DNA of 53,659 nt, counting the filler, from Squatina squatina (taxonomy: Eukaryota), in the NCBI GenBank assembly GCA_031763465.1. It is 3 parts of 3 records of this genome, joined end to end, with 100 filler letters (N's around TTAATTAATTAA, not from the genome) between each part and the next. Parts side by side here need not be neighbours in the genome. Positions count along the whole stretch, not along the records: positions 1 to 21,537 come from JARFOE010946648.1; positions 21,638 to 34,836 come from JARFOE010946649.1; 1 more part is not named here. One strand, 5' to 3'. Position numbers and translations under genes: made by a program. Shown here piece after piece: positions 12,209-22,207 of the stretch (position 1 is the first letter of the stretch; every line of letters begins with the position of its first letter). The notes beneath the pieces were generated by a model. The model was not told the DNA's origin and did not search any database. It worked only from the letters and a program-made list of their open reading frames with translations.

Positions 12209-13255
12209 ATGCCTGCAATGTACAACGGATCTCTTACTGTTGAAGACATACAGTCATCCTACAATCCACCAGTAATTATTATAACATTCATCCTCGGACT
12301 CATTGGAAATGTAGTTGCTTTATGGATCTTTGGTTTTCATGTAAAATCCTGGAAACCAAACACTGTTTATTCACTGAATCTGGCGATTGCAGACACTCTG
12401 TTAATCTGTTGCTTACCATTTCGAGCAGATTACTTTCTACGGGACCAGAACTGGATTTTTGGTGAGGTTCCATGTCGCCTGAAGCTATTCGTGATATTTC
12501 TAAACCGGTTAGCGAGCATCGTTTTCCTTACAGTTATAGCGGTCGATCGCTACTTTAAGGTGGTCCACCCTCACCATAGGGTGAACAAGATACCAACAAG
12601 CTGTGCAATGAAGATAGCGGGCGTCCTGTGGATTGTAGCAGTGGCAACTTCTTCACATCTGTTAATAGAGCCTCGCACCTTCCAGCACAACAATCGGACA
12701 TACTGTGAGCCTTTCAACATGTACCAACCTCTGAGTCCTTCAGCAATTTGGACCAATATTACCTTTATTCTTTTCAAGTTTGTTTTACCAGCTTCGATTA
12801 TCCTGTTCTCCACGTCCTGCATCATCTGGAAGATAAAACAGATGGAAACTGAAACGAGGGGTAAATATAAACGAGCAGTAAAGCTTGTGACAGCTGTGGC
12901 AGCAGTTTTTATATTTTGTTTCTTGCCCACAGACATTGCTGTAATCGCTGTTTTAATTACGAAACAAAGTAGTTCAGAAGGCTGCCAAGCAACCGCCGTT
13001 CAGATATTTTACGCTACTCTCTGCATAACGTATCTGAACAGTGTGCTCGACCCAGTAATTTACTACTTTTCAAGTTCAACATTTAAAGTTGCTTTGAAGA
13101 AAGGTCTTGTTCCTCTGAATTTAAGATATTTCAGACCGGGATCAAGCCGCACAATCCACCCAAGCCAGGCAAGAAGCGCTATTGAACCGCTAAAAATGTC
13201 ATCAGTCTCCAATACCTGCGACCAATTGCAAACCGAGTCCACAGAGAATATATGA
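12209..13255 (+). CDS. Intronless class A GPCR, hydroxycarboxylic acid receptor (HCAR1/GPR81-like)
   Basis: 348-aa open frame with 7 hydrophobic segments; FHVKSWKPNTVY.LNLAIAD, LPFRADYFLR, NR.ASIVFLTV.AVDRYFKVVHPHH, ECL2 CEPF and TYLNSVLDPVIYYFSS are HCAR-family signatures; orthology versus HCAR2/OXER1 not resolved. Confidence 0.92.
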   Translation: MPAMYNGSLTVEDIQSSYNPPVIIITFILGLIGNVVALWIFGFHVKSWKPNTVYSLNLAIADTLLICCLPFRADYFLRDQNWIFGEVPCRLKLFVIFLNRLASIVFLTVIAVDRYFKVVHPHHRVNKIPTSCAMKIAGVLWIVAVATSSHLLIEPRTFQHNNRTYCEPFNMYQPLSPSAIWTNITFILFKFVLPASIILFSTSCIIWKIKQMETETRGKYKRAVKLVTAVAAVFIFCFLPTDIAVIAVLITKQSSSEGCQATAVQIFYATLCITYLNSVLDPVIYYFSSSTFKVALKKGLVPLNLRYFRPGSSRTIHPSQARSAIEPLKMSSVSNTCDQLQTESTENI

Positions 13256-13499
13256 AATACCTGCCAATTATCAGCTTGTCTAAATCAAGTATGGTCTGGG
13301 AAAAACTGTGGGGTGATATACATTAAGAAATATTTTTTCTCAGTTAATCTGCGTTTAGTGAGTATGTGCTGAAAAAATCGACAGTTTTCCATGACTGGGA
13401 TCAAGTTACCCATCTCCAAAATACCTCTTTTCTTTAAATTATTTAAAGTAAATGAAAGACTTCTACAGGGTTTGCAGAATGCGACGAGTCATGGTTTGC

Positions 13500-14290
13500 A
13501 AAAGATCATACACTGCTCGTAGACAGAGGATGGAGCCCGCCAGATGTTATGCTCCCCAAAGAAGGTATGCAAGGCATAAATGAGATCCTTTCTGAGTAGC
13601 CCTGGAAAGTGTCTGGTTCTCCAAAGATTCAATCGCCCATCTCTGTGACCTGCTGCAGGAAGACCTGAAGCCACGTTCATCTGCCTGCACTGCTTTCTCA
13701 GTGGCTCTGAAGATCGTCACTTTCAGATAGCTGTGAAGGAAACTTACATCATCAGCCAGGAAGCATCTATCAAGGCACCAACACCCTTTACAGCCTATTT
13801 CATGTTTTGCAAATACAGAAAGTCAGCTGAGAGATCGAGGTTCAGTTTTATCGGGTTGCTGGCTTCCCCAAGGTCCAGAGTGTAACCAATGTTACATTGA
13901 GGGCACCCACAGAACACTTTATTCAACTATTTAAACAACAAGGAATTCCATTCCCTCAATGTGTGACAGCAATCAGAAAATCCTCTGTGTCACGCCCGAC
14001 ATGCAGGAACTCACCATGATGACTTCATCCTTTGCCACTCAGCCCTCTGTGACCTCTTCAGGAAGAGAATCAGATCCACAGGTGACTTCTGGGCAATAAA
14101 GCACACCGTCTGCTCCCATAGCTGACTACACCAAATGGAATGTCTGGAACAGCAGAAGAGGATTGCTACAATGAGGGAAACACAGCTACCGGCTGGTAAC
14201 GGAGAGGACCATTACGGTTTGAATGTGTGCTTTTGCTGCCTGGACATTTCACAAGGGGATCTGCATTCCTGCTCCTCCTGGCTCCACAGC
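13500..14290 (+). pseudogene. Highly degraded Harbinger transposase
   Basis: Read across frameshifts: FSKDSIAHLCDLLQEDLKP, FYRVAGFPKVQ, NNKEFHSLNV, AGTHHDDFIL, FCCLDISQG; not in the ORF track. Confidence 0.75.
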
Positions 14291-14479
14291 AAAGGTTTTG
14301 GAAACATTTTATTAAAAAAACATAACCTTTTGTATGTAGCTTTGCTGAGGCCACAGTGACTGCTGACGAACCCTGAACGGGGTAAACCTGACTCGTATCC
14401 TGTTCATCGAAGAACAATTTGTGTCATGTGGCCTAAAACAGGCATTCGGCCCCTCATGTACATTGTTATATTAGTTTAC

Positions 14480-14760
14480 GGGACATGGACGTCCCTGGCA
14501 AGGCCAGCATTTATTTCTCATCCCTAATTGCCCGTGAGAAGGTGGTGGTGAGCCGTGTTTTTGAACCACTGCAGTCCATGTGATGAAGGTACTCCCACAG
14601 TGGTCTTCGGGAGGGAGTTCTCGGATTTTAACCCAGTGACTATGAAGGAACCACGATATATTTCCAAGTCAGGATGGTGTGTGCCTTGGAGGGGAACTTG
14701 CATGTGGTGGTGTTCCCATGTGCCTGCTGCCCTTGTCCTTCTAGGTGGTAGAGGTTGTGG
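14480..14760 (-). mobile_element. 3' end of a second CR1-clade LINE family
   Basis: Minus strand RRTRAAGTWEHHH..FIVTG.KS.NSLP, then 3' UTR AAATAAATGCTGGCCTTGCCAG. Confidence 0.65.
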
Positions 14761-15303
14761 GTAATATTAATTGTGAGGAGAGCACAAAGAGCCTGCAAAG
14801 GGATATGGACAGGTTAAGCGATTGGCCAATAAGATGGCAGATGGAGTATAATGTGGGGAAAGGCAAGGTTATTCACTTTGGTAGGAAGAATAGGAAAACA
14901 GAATATATTTTAAATGATGAGAAGCTATTGAATGTTGGAGTTCAGGGAGATTTAGGTGTCCTGGTATAGGAAACAGACAGTTAGCATGCAGGTACAGGAA
15001 GCAATTAGGATGGGAATTGGCATGTTGACCTTTTATTGCAAGGCGTTTGGAGTACAGGAATAAGGAAGTCTTGCTACAATTTACAGGACTTTGGTGAGAC
15101 CACACCTGGAGCACTGTGTCCAGTTTTGGTCTGCCTATCTAAGAAAGGATAAACTTGCCTTAAAGGTGGTGCAATCACCAGATTGTTTCCTGAGGTGAGA
15201 GGATGGTCCTATGATGAGAGATTGAGTAGATTGGGCTGATACTCTCTGGAGTTTAGAAGAGAAGAGTTGGGAGGTTTCATTCCTCTGCCTGCAGAGTCTG
15301 GAA
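14761..15303 (+). mobile_element. CR1 fragment (5' part, split by hAT element)
   Basis: WQMEYNVGK.KVIHFGRKN, LVRPHLE.CVQFWS; ends at GAGTCTGGAA. Confidence 0.88.
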
Positions 15304-15839
15304 CAGGGGTGTCCAAACTTTTTTCGTAAGGGTCCACATTGCAATTTTTGCCCCACATAGAGGGTCGATTGTAAATGGAGAAATGTGTTTGTCATAATCA
15401 GGGCTTCAGATTAAATGTTGGTCTTTCTCTTCCACTCAGGTCCTGGAATGAAATCAGTCCCAGTTCCCCAGTATTCAGTCTCCATAAGAAACAGGATCTT
15501 TTACATGAAGCAAAGCTGCCATATTCTCTGGGCCTTCCGCTGTCCAGCCCAGGCACCTGCCTGAATCACTGAACGATGCAAATCGATGTACATATAGCAC
15601 GATGCATTGCAGATTGGCAGCATCAGCAGGATTTTGCTTTTTAGGTCCATACGGACTATGACTAAAGTAAAGAAGACAATGCCAAGCTCAAACTTAGCAA
15701 AATCCTTCACTTTTGTCACTTCACTCCTCCCTTTTAAAAACTTGATACTTGTAAGTGCCACAGATGCAGTGTTGGTAAGGACCAAAATTACCTTTACTCT
15801 CTTCACAAAAGCATGATACCATTGCTGCTTTATAAAACA

Positions 15840-16640
15840 CATCTATTTGGATTACCATGTTGTCTTCTCACAGCGCAATGCTCCATTACAATGGATATAT
15901 AGTATTATCACAAGTTGACTGTAACTACTCTCAGGCGTTGTGGTCAGAACACACGGTAAATGTTATTCCGTATATGAATGGTTGTTGCTTTTACAGCACC
16001 CATATGACAATTAGTTTTTCTTTTTCAGTTATGAAATAAGCCATGTCTCGTGGCAGAAGCTTACAACTTAGGTAAATGACTGAGTATTTCTTTTCCACGG
16101 TCACTAACCTGGCTCAGCAGCGTGCTGATACATCTGACACATGCATCACTGTGAAAGCTCAGGAATAATCCTGATAAGCAAGAGCAAGGTTAGCAATTAG
16201 GGCTTGTTTCAGCCTTTCAAAAGCATTTCGTGCCTCATCAGAGCAGAAGATTTGAATGGGCATTCACTTCTGGGTAAATTGTGCTGATGGCGTGACTATA
16301 TTAGCATAATTTGGAATGAACATGTGATAATAATAGCCGGTCGGCCTGAAGAATGTCTATAACTATTTCTTGGTCATGGGACAGGCCCATTCTGTAATGG
16401 AACCCACTTCTCCTGTTCCAGTCTCTATTCCACCTCCCCCCGTCACTTACAGTGACCGAAGCAGAATACCTCAGCGAAGCCGATGACAGTTTTGAATCTT
16501 TACCGTTAACACTGCTTTACTCAACTGGATTAACAGATTGGTGACATGACTGATGTATACACCCCATGTCCAACTGAAAACAGCGATGTCATCAGTGTAG
16601 GTTGGTGCATAATTTACAGCTTTGTCAAGACAGAGCCCAC
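15840..16640 (-). mobile_element. Degraded Ty3/Gypsy pol fragment (RT C-terminus plus RNase H)
   Basis: Read across frameshifts: YTDDIAVFS, WACPMTKK, TGYY..FIPNYA, AFERLKQAL, VIYLSCKLLPRDMAYFITEKEKL.VIW, QPFIYGITFTV..DH. Confidence 0.8.
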
Positions 16641-16684
16641 CAAACGATGCTCAGGTCACACACCCTGGGACCTGTCAATCATCC

Positions 16685-16935
16685 TCCCCTGCGCCTGCGC
16701 GCTGAGTCCCTGAGCTACGGGCTGTCGCGCGGGGCTTTCTTTATACAGCCGGTGTTGGTTCAGAGCCACAGTGAGGAAAAGTGAGTTTTCCCCGAGATCT
16801 GATTGAGAACAGAGGGCGGAGAGAATAAAGGGAAACCCAAACCTGAGAGTCCGCCGATCCGGGACACGAGCGGAGCTTCTTCAGTTTGGCGGAGCGCACT
16901 TGAGGGACCTGTGGTGGGCTGGCTAGAAGTCATTG
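16685..16935. promoter_or_regulatory. CpG-rich promoter-like segment
   Basis: TGCGCCTGCGC (NRF1-like), GGGCGG box near 16814, TATAAAG on minus strand near 16745, CCAAT on minus strand near 16935, GGGAAACCC; motif presence only. Confidence 0.35.
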
Positions 16936-16979
16936 GCGGGCCGTATTCTGGCCCGTGGGCCGTATGTTAGACAACCCTG

Positions 16980-17295
16980 GACTCAAACTAAGGGGCATAG
17001 TCTCAGGATAAGGGGCCAGACATTTAAGACTGAGATGTGGAGGAATTTCTTCACTCAGGTGGTTGTGAATCTTTGGAATTCTCTGCTCCAAAGGGCTGTG
17101 GTTGCTAACTCGTTGAGTATATTCAAGGCTGAGATAGATAGGTTTTTGGGCTCTCGGGGAATCAAGGGACATGGGGAACGGAAAGTGGGCTATGAGGATC
17201 GGGCGAAGATCAGCCATGATCTTATTGAATGGCAGAGCAGGCTCGAGGGGCTGTCTCGCCGTCTCCTGCTCCTAATTCTTATGCTGTTATGCTAT
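16980..17295 (+). mobile_element. CR1 3' end (continuation of 14761-15303)
   Basis: TKGHSLRIRG..FFTQVVVNLWNSL..FKAEIDRFL, followed by 3' UTR. Confidence 0.88.
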
Positions 17296-17809
17296 TATAA
17301 ATTGAAATATTCTTATTTTCTCAACTGCCTATTGAAACAAGCAGCCAAATACAAATAACTTGATACACCCTGAAGTCCAGTTTGTGTGAGAATAGCAATG
17401 CTATAGCAGTCAGTAAATGTATTGTGAGGGGCAATTACTGTTCCAGATTTTTTCCCGATTTGTTTTGCGATGCTTATTGTTATTTCATAAGGTGTGTAAT
17501 TACATGCAGAAGTGAACATAATGGTCTCTTGATCTGTCCACTTACACTTTTGCTCTCTCACTGAAAGGCAAAGTGTGTATGTGTTTGTGTGCGCACACAT
17601 ACCTACTGAGGATTGATATAGATACAGATCTCAGCGTGGGTTGTGATATGCTCTCAGGCCATCCTTTTTATTTGTACTTTAATGTAGTTGCAAACTATAA
17701 TAGCAATACAGGTATATTGTTATGAGCGAATGCATTTTCAATGTTGATTTGAAACTTTGGAGAAAATAAGTATCTTCAGCTTGCTGCTTGTTATTTCTAC
17801 ATTCAATTT

Positions 17810-17945
17810 CATAGAATCATACAGCACAGAAGGAGGCCATTCGGCCCATCGTACCTGTACTGACTCTTTGAAAGAACTATCCCATTAGTCCCACTCCCCT
17901 GCTCTATCACCATAGCCCTGCACATTTTTCCTTTTCAAGTTTATT
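17810..17945 (-). mobile_element. CR1-type 3' end fragment
   Basis: CATAGAATCATACAGCACAGAAGGAGGCCATTCGGCCC; similar to 6300-6450. Confidence 0.7.
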
Positions 17946-18799
17946 GAAAGTCACCAAAATTTATTCTGTGAACAAAATGTTTCCAGTCTTTAGAGAATGA
18001 AGTATGTGGAGCAAAACCTGCTGAAAAATCCAGGCACTCTTTGCTCAGGTACAGAGTTTGGACGTGTGAATTTAATGCGAGGTGAATCTGGCCAAAAACT
18101 GTTCGAACTGGTGTAAAAGTTGCACTCTGAGAGGCCCGAAAATCTGGGCCCATGGGTAATGCATCTCATTTTACCGTAAGGAATAATTCACTGCAGTAAT
18201 TCAGCAAGTGCCACTGAATAACAATGATAGGACCAGAGTGTGACAACAGGAACTAACAAGTAACAACAGAATTTTGTTTATATTTAAAAAAATATATATA
18301 AACCAGATTTGTGGAATGACTAACTTGCCATGAATGTGAAAAGCTGTATTTGTTTTGACCTTGTTTTATGCATCCAATAATGAGTGCCTGACATGCACCT
18401 GTGACTGTGAGATTCTCGTCAGAACTAACGATGATATATTATTCATTTTACCTGGACTTTGTATTTTGATATGCTTACCAGCTGTAATTATTTTTATATT
18501 AATATGCAATTAATAAAAGCTTATAATGGAGTTGAATCTGACTCTATCTGGGTACTTTTAACTATTACCCTTTCTGTGTACACTTATGAAGAAAAGTTCT
18601 TTCTTCCCATTGACTGCCTGAGATCTACACTGCCCAGTGTGAAACTCAACAATACAGAACAGGTGGTCCCAGTCAATCCTCAACCAAGTCTCCGATGCCC
18701 ACAATTGTAGCTGGGATATTTGAAGGAGCCATGGCCACATTGCATTTGAAGATTCATCTCGGAGTGGTCAGTCACTGCACTGGAGCTTTTGATTGTTCC

Positions 18800-20200
18800 A
18801 CTTGGAGACTTCACTGCACAGAGGCAGTGGGCTGTACCCAGGTTCTCCGATGATTCCCGCCATATGCTTGTGGAGGGAGTCAGAGCACTCAGGGAGGTCC
18901 TCTTCCCTTCAAATGTGTGGAAGAGACCTCCCGTGGAGACAACAAAGCCTGGCTCCACATTGCAGAGGAGGTGAACAGCAGGGGGACCTGGGTGCAGCGC
19001 CAGAAATGTTTCAATGATCGTATTAGATCAGGAAAAGTGAGTACAATGCCACACTCAACTACATCCTGCTGTGTCTCTCATCACATACCCATCACTCTGC
19101 CTTCTCAAAACTACTCCTGCACATCCTTACAGCAACATACCTTGCACGTCCACCCATCCCTCTCTATGTATATTATCAAATTCCCATCTTACTAGCCACC
19201 CCTCACACTCACCCTCATCCTAATGCAATCAAAGCAATTAACTACATACAAGAAGGCCATTTGGCATTGCCACCCAACTCAATCAGTGTCTCCCTCTAAA
19301 GATGTAACCCATCCATTCCTTGCACTCATTTCAACACTCACTCAATCTTCTCTTCTTTCCCTCCTTGCAGGAAAAGAGAGCCTATAATAAGAGGGAGTGG
19401 GAGAAAACTGGAGGTGGCCCTCCATCATTTACCACCCTCATGTCAGCAGAAGAGGCTGCGTTAGAAGTTTTGGGAGTTACTGAGCAGCTGGAGATGGGAG
19501 ATGGAGAGAGCGGGACATCTCAGCAACCTGGGGACAGAATTACATATCATAAAGCTACATGGCACACATCAGTCACTCATATGGGGAATAATGTCATCAG
19601 CCACTGAATGGTCATCATGTGCATAATGGTATCTGCACCCATTCTTCATATGACATATCTAACCCATCTCTTTATTTTCCCACAGGTCCATCAAGAGCCT
19701 CCCCAACCATTGTTCAGGAGGAAGAGGAAGACGACTCCTCAGAGGAGACTTCAGCCTCTGAGGGCTCACCGTCACCAGTCATAAATGTGCCCAGCACCAA
19801 CGCAGAGATGCACACCAAGCTGGGTCCCACGCCACATAGAGTCGTGTTGTCACCTGGAGTGTCACAAGTCGCAAGTGAGCAAGAGCAGATGGTGGAGACT
19901 GAGACAGCAGTGGAGACTCCGCGCCGAGGGCACAGGACGCTCCCAATTCTGCTCAGCTGCATGCAGACGCTGAGACTTGGGGCAATCCAGAAAGAGGACG
20001 ATCCTGAAGTGGTATCAAGAAATAAAGAAGTCTCTGACAGGTTTTGCGACCGTGATGTCTGCATATGTCCAGTGAATGGAGGAGTTCACCGACAACATAA
20101 GCGCCATCGTGTCGCAGGCAATTACGATTGTAGACTCTTCCATTGAAAGGAGGGCCACCTGCACGGGGCAGCTGATGCGATGCTTGCTGACTGACGTCAC
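18800..20200 (+). pseudogene. Harbinger Myb/SANT-like (NAIF1/MSANTD-type) gene, three exons, disrupted
   Basis: PRFSDD..LVEGV...REVLF, AWLHIAEEVNS, WVQRQKCFND; GT donor 19037, AG 19369-70; exon EKRAYNKREWEKTGGGPP; donor at 19531 reads GG; AG 19684-85; frameshifts. Confidence 0.8.
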
Positions 20201-20759
20201 CTCTCACTCATTTTAATTTGCAGGCTGATGCATCTTACCGGCAGCGCTGCCGGGCCTGGGAAAATGGAGGACGCTGAGCGACCTGTCACCAGGAGACGAA
20301 AGATCAGCAGCCTTCCTCTTTTCACCATGTCTTGTGGGTAATGGGTGGCACAAAGCCCCCAAATATTTCATCCATGATTCTTTTAGACAGTGGTCAACTA
20401 TTTTTCATTACACATATCTCTTCCTGATATCTGTAAAGTGAGACACTTCTGCTTTCTATATGGTTTACTCCAGATGTTGTCATCTCTTCCAATCTTGTTT
20501 TTTTTTAAAGCTTGCTGCTGATTATACACTGGTGTCCGTTCAGCAATTCACATTCCTTTCTCACAATTCTCCCCTGCTTTTCTGATACAACTGTGTGTCC
20601 TTCTGAAGTGTGTTGTAAACAAATAAACCAACAACGCTCTATCTCAACTCTATCTCATTCTGTAGAAGGCCAGCTAGCTCACTATACTTAATAATCTATG
20701 CACGAGTCTTTTTTATAATCTACAGTTTCGCCGTCGTTAACACTGCAAAATCCAGGTCC

Positions 20760-20990
20760 TTATTTATGACATACCTGAACAGTGTGCTAGACCCAGTTAT
20801 TTACTGCTTTTCAAGTTCGATATTTAAAGATGCTTTGAAGGAAGTTCTTGTTCCTCTTAATTTGAGCCTGTTCAGATCAGCAACAGGTCAAGAAATGCAA
20901 CCAAGAAAGCCCAAAAGTGAACTGGTTGTGGGTCAACATCTAAAAAGGACTGTAACACCTGTGATCAATACCAGACTGAGTCTGCAGTGA
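20760..20990 (+). pseudogene. 3' remnant (TM7, helix 8, C-tail) of a second HCAR-like gene
   Basis: TYLNSVLDPVIYCFSSSIFKDALKEVLVPLNL versus TYLNSVLDPVIYYFSSSTFKVALKKGLVPLNL; CAATTATCAGCT follows the stop in both copies. Confidence 0.85.
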
Positions 20991-21463
20991 ATGTCAATTA
21001 TCAGCTGGTGTAATTAAAGTAGAGCCCGTGAATCAGAGCAAAACCTTGGAATGATGTCAATCTGAAACATTTTTTAATCAGGCACTCTGTTTTGAATGTA
21101 TATGAACTGAGACTTTCAATGTCATTTTGTGCACCTGCAAAATATTTCTTTAAATTCTTTAATGTAAAGGAACGATTCCTTACAGGTTTTTGAGATTCTG
21201 ATGTGTCATGGTGTGTGTAAAATTCTCTCTTGCTAACCGCACCACTCTCCACCAAACCACCGTATATTTCTCTCACGTACCATCACTGGAATCATTCCAA
21301 TAGAAAATGTGTTATAGCCTTGGAGCACTTTCCTGAAGAAATAATGTATTTCAAAAAACCAACAAAGGCCATGCAAGATACAGCTAAATAGAAACAAGGA
21401 AGGTAATTAAAAGAAAAATATATGACGTAGAATAACAAGGAAGTAAGATGTCATTTCCTTTAC

Positions 21464-21537
21464 AAAAGCAAAATACTGCGGATGCTGGAATCTGAAATAC
21501 AAACAAAAACTGCTGGAAATACTCAGCTGGTCAGGCA
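21464..21537 (-). repeat. Terminal repeat typical of Penelope-like elements, cut by gap
   Basis: GCTGGAAATACTCAGC.GGTCAGGCA, also at 37730-37815; family assignment from recall. Confidence 0.55.
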
Positions 21538-21637
21538 NNNNNNNNNNNNNNNNNNNNNNNNNNNNNNNNNNNNNNNNNNNNTTAATTAATTAANNNNNNN
21601 NNNNNNNNNNNNNNNNNNNNNNNNNNNNNNNNNNNNN
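21538..21637. other. Artificial scaffold-joining spacer
   Basis: 44 N + TTAATTAATTAA (stops in all six frames) + 44 N. Confidence 0.95.
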
Positions 21638-22207
21638 CTGTCCAATCCATTAAGAATTTTATATGTTTCTATAAGATCCCCTCTCATTCTTCTAAATTCC
21701 AGTGAATATAAGCCGAGTCGATCCATTCTTTCTTCATATGTCAGACCTGCCATCCCAGGAATCAATCTGGTGAACATTCGCTGTACTCCCTCAATAGCCA
21801 GAATGTCCTTCCTCAGATTAGGACACCAAAACTGCACAGAATACTCCAGGTGTGGCCTTAACAAGGCCCTGTACAACTGCAGTAGGGCGTCCCTGCTCCT
21901 CTCCTCAAATCATCTTGCTTTGAAGGCCAACATGGCATTTGCTTTCTTCACTGACTGCTTTACCTGCAAACATACTTTCAACAACTGATGTACAATGACA
22001 CCCAGGTCTCATTGCGCCTCCCCTTTTCCTAATCTCTCACAATTCAAATAATACTCTGCCTTCTAGTACTTGCCACCAAAGTGGATAACCTCACACTTAT
22101 CCACATTATACCGCATCTGCCATGTATCTGCCCACTGAGCTAACCTATCCAAGTCACCCAGCATCCTCATAACATCCTCCTCGCAGCTAACACTGCCACT
22201 CAGCTTT
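21638..22207 (-). mobile_element. CR1 fragment
   Basis: DTKLSGSVSCEED..WQMRYNVDKCEVIHFG; LLRPHLEYSVQFW. Confidence 0.9.

Larger units (their letters stand above)
15304..16979. mobile_element. hAT (Charlie-like) ended non-autonomous composite element
   Basis: Left CAGGGGTGTCCAA and right TTAGACAACCCTG match at 11/13; subterminal GGCCCGTGGGCCG; inserted at the CR1 GTCTAGAA site with decayed 8-bp duplication GTCTGGAA / GACTCAAA. Confidence 0.72.

Noticed and set aside
13500-14300. Minus-strand glycosyltransferase-like pseudogene
   Set aside because: Weak resemblance only; the plus strand gives ordered Harbinger transposase motifs
16500-16720. Captured host first exon with MGC start on the minus strand
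   Set aside because: The frame stops after 16 codons and the DNA is better explained as Gypsy RT (YTDD motif)
16884-16912. Retroviral primer-binding site (TGGCGGAGCG...)
   Set aside because: No 18-nt match to any tRNA 3' end I know and no paired LTR
18430-18515. Hydrophobic stretch (FILPGLCILICLPAVIIFIL) as the missing TM5 of the HCAR paralog
   Set aside because: Only a 9-nt match in T-rich DNA; no other TM motifs nearby
8196-20200. Domesticated HARBI1/NAIF1 host gene pair
   Set aside because: Stops, frameshifts, a catalytic D-to-G change and multiple dispersed copies indicate dead transposons
21582-21593. TTAATTAATTAA palindrome as a biological site (also 34881-34892)
   Set aside because: Centred in symmetric 44-N runs; an assembly linker
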